Shown here one piece after another: positions 12,461 to 24,680 of a DNA stretch of 64,000 nucleotides. The stretch comes from Raillietiella orientalis (lineage: Eukaryota), in assembly GCA_036172245.1 (NCBI GenBank), contig JAYWIR010000009.1, forward strand, positions 4,712,001-4,776,000, in the 5' to 3' direction. Position numbers and translations under genes: made by a program. Numbering within the stretch: the first letter of the stretch is position 1; each line of letters begins with the position of its first letter. A model generated the notes under the pieces. It was given only the letters and a program-made list of their open reading frames with translations, did no database searches and was not told the DNA's origin.

Positions 12461-12800
12461 CTAAACTCTCCGTTTTGCAGCAGGAAAAAAAAGCACCAAG
12501 CGACCACAAGCATTCAACGACATAAAGTTAGGGCGCCCAGCTTCTTCACATGGGCATGAATTCATTTTTTAGGGGTGCCGCCTTGCCGGGAGTTGCACTG
12601 GCGAGGAGGCATGGTGGTCAGGGCCGGGCGGCGGCGGTGGGCTTCTTTCCCGTCTCTTCCGCTCCCCTCGCAGCTCGCGTGCCTCTTCCTGGGAGCGGCG
12701 TCAGGGTGGCACTTCCGCGCGGCAGAATGCTCGAAAGTGTACGAGGGGGGCAGAGGTGAAATGATACGGCAGGGAAGGCCCGGGCCTGCACGACTCTCTC
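12461..12800. promoter_or_regulatory. CpG-rich island / probable promoter at the 5' end of Cyclin C
   Basis: Local GC/CpG-rich patch immediately upstream of the CCNC ATG inside otherwise AT-rich, CpG-poor DNA. Positional inference only. Confidence 0.5.
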
Positions 12801-14345
12801 TGTACACTGCATTCCATTCGAGACACGCAGAGGCAGCTTCTGCTGGATGCTCCCCTAGAGGGAGATTGCAGGTTTGAAGAATGGATCCTGGCTTGAGCCG
12901 GAGGATCTTCTGCAAAAGATCCACCATCACTCATGTGCACTGTAGTTGTCCTCCTCCTGACTGAAAAGTTCCAGCGGATTCCCATTGCATGTTGCGTGAA
13001 AGGGAAGCAGCTGTTGAATAAGCATCAACTTTTGAATAAAAATCTTCAAAGAGGTAGAAAATATATATGTATATTGCATGCTCTTCGTCTGCATTTTCTA
13101 CTTGGGTCGTAAGCTTATTTAAATTCCACAAAGAAAACTGATAATGCAGGACATCATCAAGATAAAGTTGCTGTATGCGTTGAAGATTGCTTTGAAACAT
13201 GCAATGCGTAGTCTTCGAGGTAAAAGTGAAAAGAAAAAAAAAAAAAAAGACTTTCTCAATGTACGTAATTACGCACAAAATAAAACTTGAAAATAAATAA
13301 AGTTAGTTTCCCTTGATCAAGGTTTTTTTTTTTTTTTCTTGTCATTTTCAAACTTTAGGCTGATGGGAAACATGAAGGCACGATGACATAGTTCGTTGCC
13401 TGTGGGCACACTCCTCAGTGAACTGGGAAAAGAGCATGAGAATTGTGAGTTATTACAACTCGCTCACTCTCCGAAGGAACGGAGATCTAAATCTCAATGC
13501 AGTCACATGAGGTCTGTTCTTTATTTTCCACTGAGAACAGAAAATGTTGAACTCTGGATCTTTCGAAAGGCATTCGAAAATCTACTAATCACCTCACTTA
13601 ATCACGTTCAAATGATGGAGCGGCCATTTTATAGAGCAAGAAAAAAGTGTTCACTCTTTGGCTTAAATTGCCATGCATCCTGTCACCAACTTGAGGACAA
13701 GTACAGTGGTCTATGGAGCAACACATTAATTCTTATCTCTCTACTCATAATTTCTTATCGTCTACAATTATGCTTCAAACTGAATAAACGTTTCATGTTC
13801 TATGAATACTTGACTCTTTGAAAACGTGGTCATTTCACAAGCATTGGACCGAAATTTGGTCACGGTAAAAAAGCTCAGAAGAGTAGTTGAAACGCACAAT
13901 CACATGTTATTTATTCTCATAAAAAAAAAGTCCACATTGTTTTTATTGTTTGGGAATTTTCGACAAATTTGCAAGACGCGAAATTTGCAGAACACACGCA
14001 GTCATTCTTTCCTAGTTATTAGAATCCAACATGAGGTTATTTAATTAATCGGCATGGGTTGCCAAGTACGTGACCCTCTGGAGATCAGATGCTTATGTTG
14101 AGTCAATGCTGGTCAAGGAATGAATGGTGAATAATATTAACTATTACTGAAAATATTCATTAGTTTTCGAATGCAGTGGTTTTCTTATGCAAATGATAAT
14201 TATTAAAATTCTGTGCAAATCAAGTAAAAGCAAAAACACACGCATGCATGTTCTCTTTGGTATTCACTTGGTTGGTTCCAGCAGAGATTAGGTGTCCACT
14301 GTCGAAATGGGGAAGCATTGGATCACTCGTAGTCCAAATTCCCAC

Positions 14346-14560
14346 ATATATATATATATATATAGGTCAAAAACAGGCTGTCCATTAAATAGGAGATTTA
14401 TTCAGTGAAGTGAGATGTAAAAAAGCATGGAAGGAAAAAACGTTTGTTTGAGAAAGTTAATTTCGCGTTGTTTGACTTGTAAATTGGGGCCAATTTATAT
14501 ATATATATATATTTCAAATATATTTATATATATATATGCATATTTATATATATATATATA
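14346..14560. repeat. (TA)n microsatellite tracts enclosing a 127-bp repeat fragment (14365-14491)
   Basis: tatata runs at 14346-14364 and ~14496-14560; the enclosed segment is a direct copy of 15270-15396. Confidence 0.85.
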
Positions 14561-14708
14561 TTTCGCATATTTAATACTGAAGTTCCTGCAAATACGGTAG
14601 CTTTATATTCGGCAATCTTGCAGATGGTTTTCCAAGAATTGAACTGTCTCAGTTTATTTTGGCATAAATAAGAAATTGCCTCTCTCCTGTTTGAAAATGC
14701 TATGTATA

Positions 14709-15547
14709 AATTTCGAAGAGCAAAGTTACCTTGGATGACTCACGAATATATTTGCGATTTGAAGGGGGAGGGGGGGGAAACGTTCACATGATAGCTGCCT
14801 CCCACTCACTCTATTTGCCTCTCTCTCTCTATTTCTAAAAGGAAAATTCTGGAAAGATCGGCCCCAATTTCCCATTCAAAGGATGCCAAATGAACTTTAT
14901 CGAGAGAAGCAGTACGCCTGTGCTCCAACCTCATGAAGTTCTGTTGTTTGAATTAATTTCCGTAATTATTAAACTATCAGCAAAAGGAGCACAGCATATG
15001 CCTTCAATGTCATTATTATTTTCCGCTATCGCGTTATCAAATTTTGCATTCTATCAGCTTGGCTTTTTAAATGGAATTGATTATTTTTTGTGTGTATTTG
15101 GGTGTCGGGGAAAAAAATTGATAAAATGTCCGATCTCAATGCGCAAAGCATCTATTTGCACATTGAAATGCAATGTGCGGTCTTTGTGTATACGTTTTAG
15201 AAGCTGCTCAGACATCAGATAGACGTGTGTTCTTTTGTTTTCGTATGAGTTATATCACAAGACGGCTAAGGTCAAAAACAGGCTGGCCATTAAACAGGAG
15301 ATTTATTCACTGAAGCGAGATGTAAAAAAGCATGGAAGGAATAAACGTTTGTTTCAGAAAGTTAATTTGGCGTTGTTTGACTTGTAAATTGGGGCCGGTT
15401 TTTCCAGAATTTTCCTTCCACAAATAGAGGGGCAAATAATAGAATGAGCGTGCAGCAGCTATCATGTGAACACTTCCCCCTCCCCCTCCCGCCTTTAATC
15501 GCAAATATCTTCGTGAGCCATCCAAGGTAGCTTTGCTCTTCGAAATT
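14709..15547. repeat. Imperfect ~190-bp inverted repeat pair (14709-14898 and 15358-15547); MITE-like, or two opposed copies of one dispersed element
   Basis: aatttcgaagagcaaagttaccttggatgactcacgaatatatttgcgatt...ttcacatgatagctgc...ggaaaattctggaaa...ggccccaattt is the reverse complement of aaattggggcc...tttccagaattttcc...gcagctatcatgtgaa...aatcgcaaatatcttcgtgagccatccaaggtagctttgctcttcgaaatt. Confidence 0.8.
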
Positions 15548-18500
15548 CCTACAAAGTATTTCCAACTCCTAACTCAAATTAGAAGAACCAGTTTGCAGAC
15601 CCAGAAACAAAAATGCCCATTGGGCGCGTTCTTATTCGGGAGACATTGTACTGGATGTAACGATGCTTGGATCTCCCACTCCTTGAAATTTTTCAGCTTC
15701 GTTTCCTCAGCTGGGGAATTCGAGAGTTTCGTGACCTCCGCCCACTGGGGAACTCCGAAAATTAACGCAACAAAAAGCAAGAGGATGGCCGAAAAGGAAA
15801 ACGTGCGAGCTGGACCGTGAGATGTCCGGCTGGGCGAGGGCCAGGGAAACTTCCCTGGAACTTCGAACACCGATGGGGTCGCTTCCCCCGTCGCTGCGGG
15901 GTTCCTGTAGCCAACCGAAGCTGCCGTGAGTGCTTTCCTGTTGTGCTCAAGTTTCCAGCGGGAAAGAGCTACAGTGAAAGGGAGGAAGAACCGACGGACG
16001 GGAGAAACCAAGATGAGGGAAGTAGCGCTAAGGTATACGCGCAGGCAGCTGCGTCCCAGTCTCACGGTGGTGACCACCCTGGTGGCGGAGGACTGGGCGA
16101 GTGGAAAAACGGGCCCGCCCACCGACGCTGCGACCCCGATTGCTCGAACTCGTGGAGTTTCGCGCTGGGGAGTGCTACTGGGTATTTCGGAAGACCTGCA
16201 GTGACCTCCGGCGCTTTATGAACGCGCGCACCCTCCTCTTGAAGTGGCAAGAGCCACGACTCTTCTGCTACTGCACTGGGGCCTCCTGTGTAACGCCCGC
16301 CGGCATCATTGAACACGCGGGGAAGGGGTGGATCCAGCTCGTGCAAGGTGCGGGGAGCGGGAATCCTTCCTGCACCTCCTAGTGGGCTGTGTTGCCCTCC
16401 GGCCCCTTTGAGGACGCTTTGCCGCGACCCTTGGAACTCCCGGCGGCAAACGTCAGAAAGACGTCTGAAAGCCCCTCTTCCTGCGCGACACCCTCACGCC
16501 TGCCCCATCCCTAGCAGCACTGTGCTGCTTACGCGGCGGAACCGTGGCTACATGGAGCAGCAACGCCATCTATTTTGCTGTCCTCTTCATGAGGATGGCG
16601 TCAAGATGGCCCCATCTGGGAGTCTTGAAACAGGAATTTGCCGGCATCCTTACAAGGATGCAGAGAACGCCCCCCAGCACACAGTGATCCTTTTCAGAAC
16701 CCCACATCCCATTTTTTGACTGCATCTTTTTTCTTCTTGATTGTCTTCCCTTACCCTGTGCTGCCGAGGCGAACCCCGCTGGCCTGAGCACCCAGTTCTG
16801 ACAGGATCCTTCTCGTAGTTATAAGTATAGTGGCAGGATCAGATGTCCTGCCACAGACGTGTGCCTGTTTCTTTTTTTATAAATAAACGCCTCGGCGTGA
16901 CCGGGTGGCAACCGTAGTGACGAGATGCAGTCAGCGCGGTACGGGTGTGGTGGATACGAACGAGTCTTTCGCTGCCGAAGAGCACTGCTGCGCGCGTCTC
17001 ACTTCACGTGAGGGCCTCCCGGTGTTTTTGTTCTCATCCCGGTGCCTCTCGGAGCGAACTCAAAGATTTCTGTCCTATCCCACTGCATTTATTTTCTATT
17101 TTATTTTTTTGTTGTTGTCATCGTGCCCCGATTCCCCCCCCCCCCCATTCCAGACTTCCGTTATGTCGGGCTGCGGACCCCGGTGCACCCCCCCTTTTCT
17201 TGTCTTGTCGCTGGCTTGGAACTGCGTCTTCTCATTTTCTTTTTTTCATAAAATAAAAGAAAAGACCGGTTGAAGAACCACGAGAGAAGCTCTGGCTGTG
17301 TCCTCAGAGCAGGGGAGAGAGAACACTCGTGTTCCGCAATCGCCCCCCTTCCCCCGACCAGATCTGGACCACAAGCAGACTGGGGAGTACCCCCTACCTC
17401 CCCAAGGCTTGTTCCTGATCGAAATTCAGCTGGTAGCCAGCTGAAACGTCGTCAACCACTGGATGACCTTGAATAAACGTGGGAAGCATCGTGAAGCAAA
17501 CGCGTGCACGCGTCTTCGTTTGGCAGCGCGGTGACGACAGCCGCGACACCTCCTTCGGACCGTCCCCTCCGTGACCTGTGTGGTGGCTCACGTCTCGGTG
17601 GAAGATCTCGGAACTTTCTTGGAGAGGGAGATCTCCGCTGCCTTGGGGTAATAATAAAACAGCGGTCCGCCGCTCCCGTGCGAGTCGATGCGGTCAGGAA
17701 CTGGCAGTTGGCTCCACGCCCAGGGCACGAGGCTGTGCGGTTGACCCGGAGCGCGGGACGCCGTAACACGTTCCCGGCGACCAGATCCCGCACTCCGCAT
17801 GGCGAACTGTCCTGGTCGAGAGAGAGCCGTCTGCAAGGAGCGCGTACCCAGGGTTGCCACATTGCGGATCCTGGACGCGACTCCCCGTGAGCTGGGAGTC
17901 GCCACGAAGGTTTGTGAGCCTCCGAAGGACCCCTCCCTGGGCCTCGTGACGTCACACGGCGGCAAAAAGCGCTTCCGCCACACTGGCCACCGGCGGAAGG
18001 GCGAGGGAGAAGCGGCCTGCGCGCGGAAAGGCAGGGCACCTCGAGTTCGCGCGCCTCCGCCGTGCGTGAACGGCGGGCCCTTTCCGTCGCGCCGAACCTC
18101 CGAACACGGAAGGGGCGCCCGGGAATCCGAAACCGGGCAAACTCCTCGGACACCCCCTCCAGGAGTTGCGCACCTGGTCATGGACTCTGCCGCCTCCTGG
18201 TGGCAAAAGGACCACCTGAGGGCTGTCCCTCGCCTCGGAGGGAAGGCGCTTCCGCGGCACCCTCGCCGGTTCCCAGAACCGCTGCAGAGAAGACGCTCAT
18301 CGTCCAGAAGGATGGAGAGGAGAGGCTCTGCCTCGTCGACTCGAGGAAGATGCTATGCGGATCCGCGGAATCCCGATCGAGAAGCCCCTCCTTTCGACCT
18401 ACGTCCGCGACCCTGAGGGGTGAACCCCGGGAGAGGGACCACGGCTGCAGATCTGTGGACGTACCGGAACAAACGCGGGAACGCCGAGAAAGGCGGGAAG

Positions 18501-20413
18501 ACGCAAGGAAAGTCTCCAGTCGGCTGCGGCAGCAGGCGACGCGACGGACCTCCTGAGACTCTCTGGCGGGCAGTCTCCCTCCCTGTGACCTCTCCGCGGT
18601 TCTGAGCACCTTCCCTAGCTGCACGGGCGCAGCAGCCTGGAGAGAGCAGCAGGGTGTCACGGAGAACCGGGGAGGAGGCGCTTCCTGCACTGGTCGACCG
18701 CCGGAAGGGGAGTCCTCCCAGCTTGTAGACTCCCGCTCTTTGGTGGGTGGGGGTACCTTTCTGGGATGAAGGCGGCGGCACTTCTCGTCCCTAGGAAGTG
18801 ACTGGAGTCTTCTGATCCCAGCCACGCCTCGTAGCAATGCGAGGCTCTTCAGGATCAGGAAAAAGGTCGCTCATGCTCCCTCTGACGACTGAGCGTCTGT
18901 TCAGCTGCCTGCGACCAGTAGCACTGGCGAGAGGAGGGCTGAGTCGAGGAGTCTCGAGCCGCTCCTGCAGCATCCAGGCGAGACCTCCGATGTCTCCCGA
19001 TGATCGGGCAAGTGGTAGGAAGGAGAATTCTCCTCAGACGGAAAGGGAAGGAAGAGGAGGAGGAGAAAGGGAAACGAGGAAAAGGGAGCGAAGAAGAAAA
19101 GAAAGACAGGCTCCTGAATCGCAGTTGCATGGAGGGTAAACCCTGCATCCTCTGTCTCCTCGAGGGTCTCACTGTTCTTCAGGTGTGGCCTCACACCAGA
19201 AGGGCAGGAAGCTAGTCGGTTCCCAAGGAAAGAGCCAGCAAAGCCAGAAAAGTGCCAAAAGGGCGGGATCCCGGTGCTTCCGTATCGAGCTCTCCATCCA
19301 TTTTCTCGGCGCCTCTTCTGATCATTTCGCCTGCTTCCCTGGCGGAGGAGCACTTCTCCTCACCAGAGAGGGTGGACACGCCTCGTTCAGCAAATGGGTT
19401 CGAGCGCTGCAAAGTCCTCGAGGTCGTGTTTCTCCCTAGGAAGTTGTTTGGCGAGGATGCTCCCTCCATTCCAGGAAGAAGGAGGAGGAGGAGAAATATT
19501 TCCACCGCGTCTCCAAGGCGAAAGCAAGCTATTTTCTCTCCCTCCCTTTTTTTGAAAACTAACGCTCTCTGTGCGTCTTTTCCAGGACATCTCCTGGGTG
19601 GTTCGAGCAGACACTCCTACCCGGTTTTCCACCGCGAGTCCAGATGGAATCCTCGAAACTCCGTCCACGTCCGTCGAGCAGTACAGTTCCGCGGAACGCG
19701 GATACGGTGGTTTATCTGGGGAACGCTCACCGTACCTTCCCGGTGGCTTGGAGACGCTCGGCTCCGATGACGGAGAGCGGCGCATTGAGTCACGCATCGA
19801 GCATCTGAAGAAAGCCATGGGCGCGAGATACAGTGCATCCCAAGGCAGATTGGAAAATGCTGATGGCATTCCGGGATTTACGCAAACAAAGGAGCAAGTG
19901 GGTTGTTTCGCTCGCGTTCGCTACTACCTTTGGTCTGCCGTCCCTAGAATTCTTCTGGAAGTCTCGATAAGTGTTGCCGATCTAGAAATTTTCACACGGA
20001 AACACGGACACATTTGTCCGGATAAGGATTTTCGTTTTTTTGAAGGGCAACTGCTCTCTCCCAAGATAACATTTAGCTCCAGCATTCTCTGCAAGGCACT
20101 TGACACCGGATGTGTTCCTCCTTCCTCATTAAGTTAGTCTTTGGGATGTCGCATCTTCGTGGCGTGCTGATTTTGCACGCTGCTTTTTTGTTCCTTCGCC
20201 CGCCTCCGGCAATTTTATCGCTCTCTCGATTGAAAGCGGGGAGAGAATATGGAAATTCTACACACACACACACCGTCTTCGCTCCCTCCCCATACTTGCA
20301 GCGCATGCGGGGGAAACCGAGCAGGAGTGTAATCCGATGTTCCTGATCCGTGTGGTCTCGGCTCCATTTTCCTCTTACTGATGCAAGAAAGAGGGAAAAC
20401 CTTTACCACGGCG

Positions 20414-20565
20414 CTCCGAAGTGGCCGTTTCCGGCGGTGGGCTGCCTCCGAACGACACTTCTCGCGTTCTCACACGCGTGCTAGCCGAAGCGGATCTCCT
20501 CAAACAGTACCGTTCCGCATCTTGCTCCGTCGCTGAGAGAGGAGGGCGTAACCGGTGGCAACGGG
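20414..20565 (+). repeat. Dispersed repeat, copy 1 (152 bp; copy 2 at 22072-22223)
   Basis: ctccgaagtggccgtttccggcggtgggctgcctccgaacgacacttctcgcgttctcacacgcgtgc...gctgagagaggagggcgtaaccggtggcaacggg aligns without gaps to 22072-22223. Confidence 0.85.
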
Positions 20566-21855
20566 ATGCGGCCGCTCGTCGTCCGCGGAAAGCCTCCTCG
20601 GGTCTGCGAGCGAAGTTTCTCTTTTCTCGAGTGCGAAGAATGAGATAATCCGAGAATTCTCTCCCCCCAAAACGAGGAGACTCTCTGAGACGAGGCAGCC
20701 TAATCATCTTCCCGGCCCTCCTGCACGGTATTTCTTGTTTATTTGCTTGGACGCTTTTCATCCGCTTTGTGGGGGGGGGGGGATGTGCGAAAAGGTGCGC
20801 GTACCGCAAGTGCTCGGTGTGAGACTAAAGAAGGAAATGCAAGGATGAACGCACGAGATGACCGAGGGGCATGGAAAGCGACGTCTGGTTCTCGTCCGAC
20901 CACTTCCAGACGACGCACACGACCAAGTGCGGCCGTGGGTGGCGCATGCATGCCGACATCCAATCGGGGAATGTCCAGATTTTGTTCCCGGCTGCTCGCA
21001 AAAAATCGACGCGGTCTTCTCCTGAGCCAAGAGTGATGGGGAAAAGAAAGGAAGAAAAAAAAAAAGATCTGGGAGGAACGATCGAGCGTTTTCCCACCTG
21101 CTGGTAGGATTTTTTTTTTTTTTCTTTTCAATTATCCCGGTGTTGGAGTGCGAGCTCCAGACTGGCAGTGCTCATTTGAAGGAAACACATTTTCCTCAGG
21201 AAATTTTTGAGTGAGCCCTCCCAACTCCGACGATTCTGGACCGATAACCTTTCGAGATTGTGGTCCTAGCTTGCAGGTGGATGGACCGCTTGGACGCGGA
21301 AACCAAAAAAGAGGAAGACAGGAGTGGATGCTGCCGGGCAGGAAGGAAACACGGAAAGCCAAACCCAGTGAGAAGGAGATCTCGGGTTCGAAGATCCCGA
21401 TAGGGGAGACGGCAGGAATATTTGGCCACAAGGCAGAGGAACGAAGGCGTCCTCGCTGGAAGCGGAGAACACACACTGACTACCTCTTGACAGGGAACCG
21501 GAAAAGACGAGGTCGGGCAAGGAGGAGGGAAGAGAAAAAAGCTCTCTCAGATGGTCTTTTTCTTTGAGGATCTTTCCTACTGTTTTGGCTTCAGTGGAGA
21601 CATTGCGAGCGGTTTCCTGTAGCACTTCTGACCTCCACGTCACCCAGAGGGGGGACGCCTCTGGAATGCTTCCTTTAGAGCGGGAGAGCTGTACCACAGC
21701 GTACGTCGCTCGCTGCAGTAGGCGTTGAGTGGTTTCGCTAGCTCACGCGAAACCACGCAGAACGGGAGAGGAGTGGAAGTTGCGATGAGGGTCTCCAGCA
21801 GTAAGGAGCACCAGGAGTCAGCAGCTGCAACAGGTGACAAGAGGAGTCTCTTAGA

Positions 21856-22001
21856 ATCTCCAGAGACGCTCGCGCGTCGTCACTGGTGACCGGGAGGAAT
21901 TTTGCAGAGAGGTACTTGCACACCAGGATGTCGGCCTACTACATGTCCGAGGCGGTGGTCATCAGCTTCTCCGACTCCCTCCGGCGGGAGACGATCAAGT
22001 T
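21856..22001 (+). pseudogene. Inverted, mutated duplicate of part of the SDR gene (intron plus catalytic-motif exon, 23764-23909)
   Basis: Gapless 146-nt alignment to the reverse complement of 23764-23909, 18 mismatches by hand count (~88%). Includes intron sequence; YSMSK becomes YYMSE; ends in a TAG soon after. Confidence 0.9.
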
Positions 22002-22071
22002 TGACTAGGATTCCACTCTGGAGGGCAGCCTCCTTCTCCGTAGCCCTCCCGTGGGCCCGGGCGCCTGCCCT

Positions 22072-22223
22072 CTCCGAACTGGCCGTTTCCGGCGGTGGAC
22101 TGCCTTCGAACGACACTTCTCGCGTTCTCACACGCGTGCGGGCCCAAGGGAATCTCCTCAAACAATGCCGTTACGCATCTTGCTCCGTAGCTGAGAGAGG
22201 AGGGCGTAACCGATGGCAACGGG
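22072..22223 (+). repeat. Dispersed repeat, copy 2 (copy 1 at 20414-20565)
   Basis: Direct, same-length homolog of 20414-20565. Confidence 0.85.
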
Positions 22224-22918
22224 CGGCCGGAAAAGAACAGCAGGGTCTCTCCTGGTTCCGGAATTAACCTTTATCCTGGAGGGAACTCGGAAGGTCCCTG
22301 TTGCTCTTACTCACGGCCCCCCTTTACCATAATCTCCGGTCAATCAGAGGCCTGGAGTAGCCTTCTCCGCTCCCCCCCTTCCCCCCCACATCTTGAAGTT
22401 GAGCTGCCATGAACACCCACCACCACCACCACCAATATGAAAGGGACGGGAAGAAGGAGAGATAGTGATGAGGAGGAAAAAACCGAGAGAGGATTTACGA
22501 ATAAAAATCTCTCCGGTGCTCCGGAAGATCCTATGGCCAACAGAGAATGTCGCCGGGACGAGAACAGGAAGTTTTCAACTAGCAATGATCACGGCTCAGT
22601 CGCCTTCCTCGCCTATGATACTGGCCGTGCGCACGGCTCGAGTGCTTCAGGAAGTGCTTCAGGCGGGCCCCTCTTTCTTCTTCCTTCCCCTCCCCTTCTG
22701 ATCCCCTTCCACCAGCCTCCATTCCCTGCTGCCGCTGCCTTTGCAGCTTCGCACTCTGCGCCCCAGCATCGAGGGGAGGAGGAGAGGTTCTTCAGCTACA
22801 TTTATTGGCGGCCGCCAGCGGAGGCGCTTCCATGGGCACTGTCGGAAAGGCAGAGGGAAGGAAAAGCTTCTCCAGGAGCGTTCCGGGGAACTCCCGGTGG
22901 CGGCGGCAACGACGGTGA

Positions 22919-24680
22919 CTAACGCAATGGAGCCGGCGGTAGCACAGGAACTCTGGGCTCGAACCTGCGGAAGTACTGGTCGAGGGTCTGCGCATAGAAC
23001 AGCCGCAGCAGCTTCTCCTTCAGCTGCATCGGGAGGTGGGGGACGTATCTCACCTGGAAAGAGGGAAGTGAGGAGGGAAATCCAGTGAGAAGATATACTT
23101 ACATCCGGTTTGATGGCAGCGACTGCGTGGACCAAATCGTCGATCACGAGGTGAATTTTGGACTCCGGGAGGCCTTGTTCGCTCATCTTCACGATGCTTT
23201 GCTTGAGTGAGACGCCGAAGGTAAACAGGGGGAATTATGAGGAGAGGGAGAGGAGGAGGGGATGAAAAGCCTGGCAGAGCCCGCCATCCCCTTGACAACG
23301 GCGCGGCGATTCTTCCCCGCGGCCGAGAGTGCTGCGCGGTGCTGCCGGCGCGCTTTCGCTGAATCAGCGAGACCAAGACCTCACCACCAGATGACCTTTT
23401 GGTGCCCCCTTCCCCTGTCCTCTCCCTCCCTCCCTCTGCTACAGCACTACCTGGAACGCTTCGAAGTACTTCTCTCCGTAGTCACGTCGGATGTTCTCAT
23501 TGCAGGAGTCCCACATCTTCTGGGACTCCTTCAACAAGACCGATGGCTGGGTCATGTTGGTTCTAGAAAGATAGGCGGGGTTTAGCAGGGGTTCTCTCCC
23601 TCTTCCGATGGCAAAGGGAGCCGCATCAGGACGGATGCGCGCGCTGGGTGAGGCCTGTCCTGAGGACACGCTGGGAGACCACCTCGCAGCGGCGCCGCAG
23701 CGCAGAGCGCCATGCCAACCGTACCTGTACTGAGAGGGCTCGACGAGATGGACGGACACCCCGAACTTGATCATCTCCCGCCGGAGGGAATCGGCGAAGC
23801 TGATGACCGCCGCCTTGGACATGGAGTAGGCCGACATCCCAGTGTACGAGTACCTTCCTGCAAAATTCCGCCCGGTTACCAGTGCCGACACGCGCGCGCC
23901 TCTGGAGATGCGAACCGGCTAGGCTAGCCAGGAAGACGACCCTTCCCTTGGACCTCCGGATGAGGGGAAGGAACTTCTTGGTCATCCGGACCACGCCCAG
24001 GGTGTTGACTTCATAGATCCTGCGGAAGCCTTCCGAGAAGGGGCACCACTCGATCTCAGCCACGCATGCTAGACCGGCGTTGTTGACGAGGGCCCAGAGA
24101 TCTGAAGAGGAGAGGGAAGTGACGGGTGAGGGAGAGGCCGGCGGCGGCGAAAGCATGCGCCCGGGCACCCGCGGACCTCCCCCTCTCCGGCCAACAGCTG
24201 GGGAGCCCCCACCTTTCGAGTTGTCCTGGACTTTACGGAAGGCGCTCTCCACTTCCTCGTCCTTAGTGACGTCCAGCTGCAGTACATGGACGTTGGGCGA
24301 GCACAGAGTCTTTATCTTGACCGCGCCGTCCCCTTTGTGGTTCAGGCAACCGGCGAATACGATGAACTGCAGCTGGTCCAGTCTCTTCACGAGCTCAAAG
24401 CCGAAGCCGCTGTCGCATCCTTCCCGAAGAAGAGAGGTAGCGCGGGAAGGGGGGGAGGGGCATCGGCTTGCTCACCTGTGACGAGGACCGCCTTCCCCTC
24501 CCTCTTCTGCACCAGGGGCGGGTTCACGAAGGAGCGAGTCAGCCTCTTGAAGACATCCCCCAGGAAGATCCAGGCCAACGAAAGCAGGCAGACGCCCACC
24601 AGCAAGGGCCACGCCTTGGCCGCGTTCAGCAGGACCGCCGCGACGAGGGTCAGTGCCACCAAGCTACGCTTGCTGAGGTC
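22919..24680 (-). CDS. Membrane-anchored classical short-chain dehydrogenase/reductase (RDH / BDH1 / 17beta-HSD2-like); exons 24680-24476, 24419-24213, 24101-23916, 23857-23725, 23562-23451, 23201-23103, 23053-22919; start-codon exon not located
   Basis: The spliced frame gives an N-terminal hydrophobic anchor, KAVLVTG|CDSGFG (TGxxxGxG), LQLDVT, LWALVNNAG, EVNTLG, SKGRVV, YSMSK (YxxxK), DSLRREM..FGVSVHLVEP and DYGEKYF. GT-AG introns, phases consistent; minus-strand AATAAA at 22801-22806. Confidence 0.92.

Noticed and set aside
15570..21800. Many overlapping 100-230 aa ORFs; hairpin gtggcagga/tcctgccac at ~16830-16854 with TATA- and AATAAA-like words suggesting an LTR
   Set aside because: No gag, RT or integrase motifs, no second LTR or convincing primer-binding site; ORFs are Arg/Pro/Gly-rich as expected from GC content.
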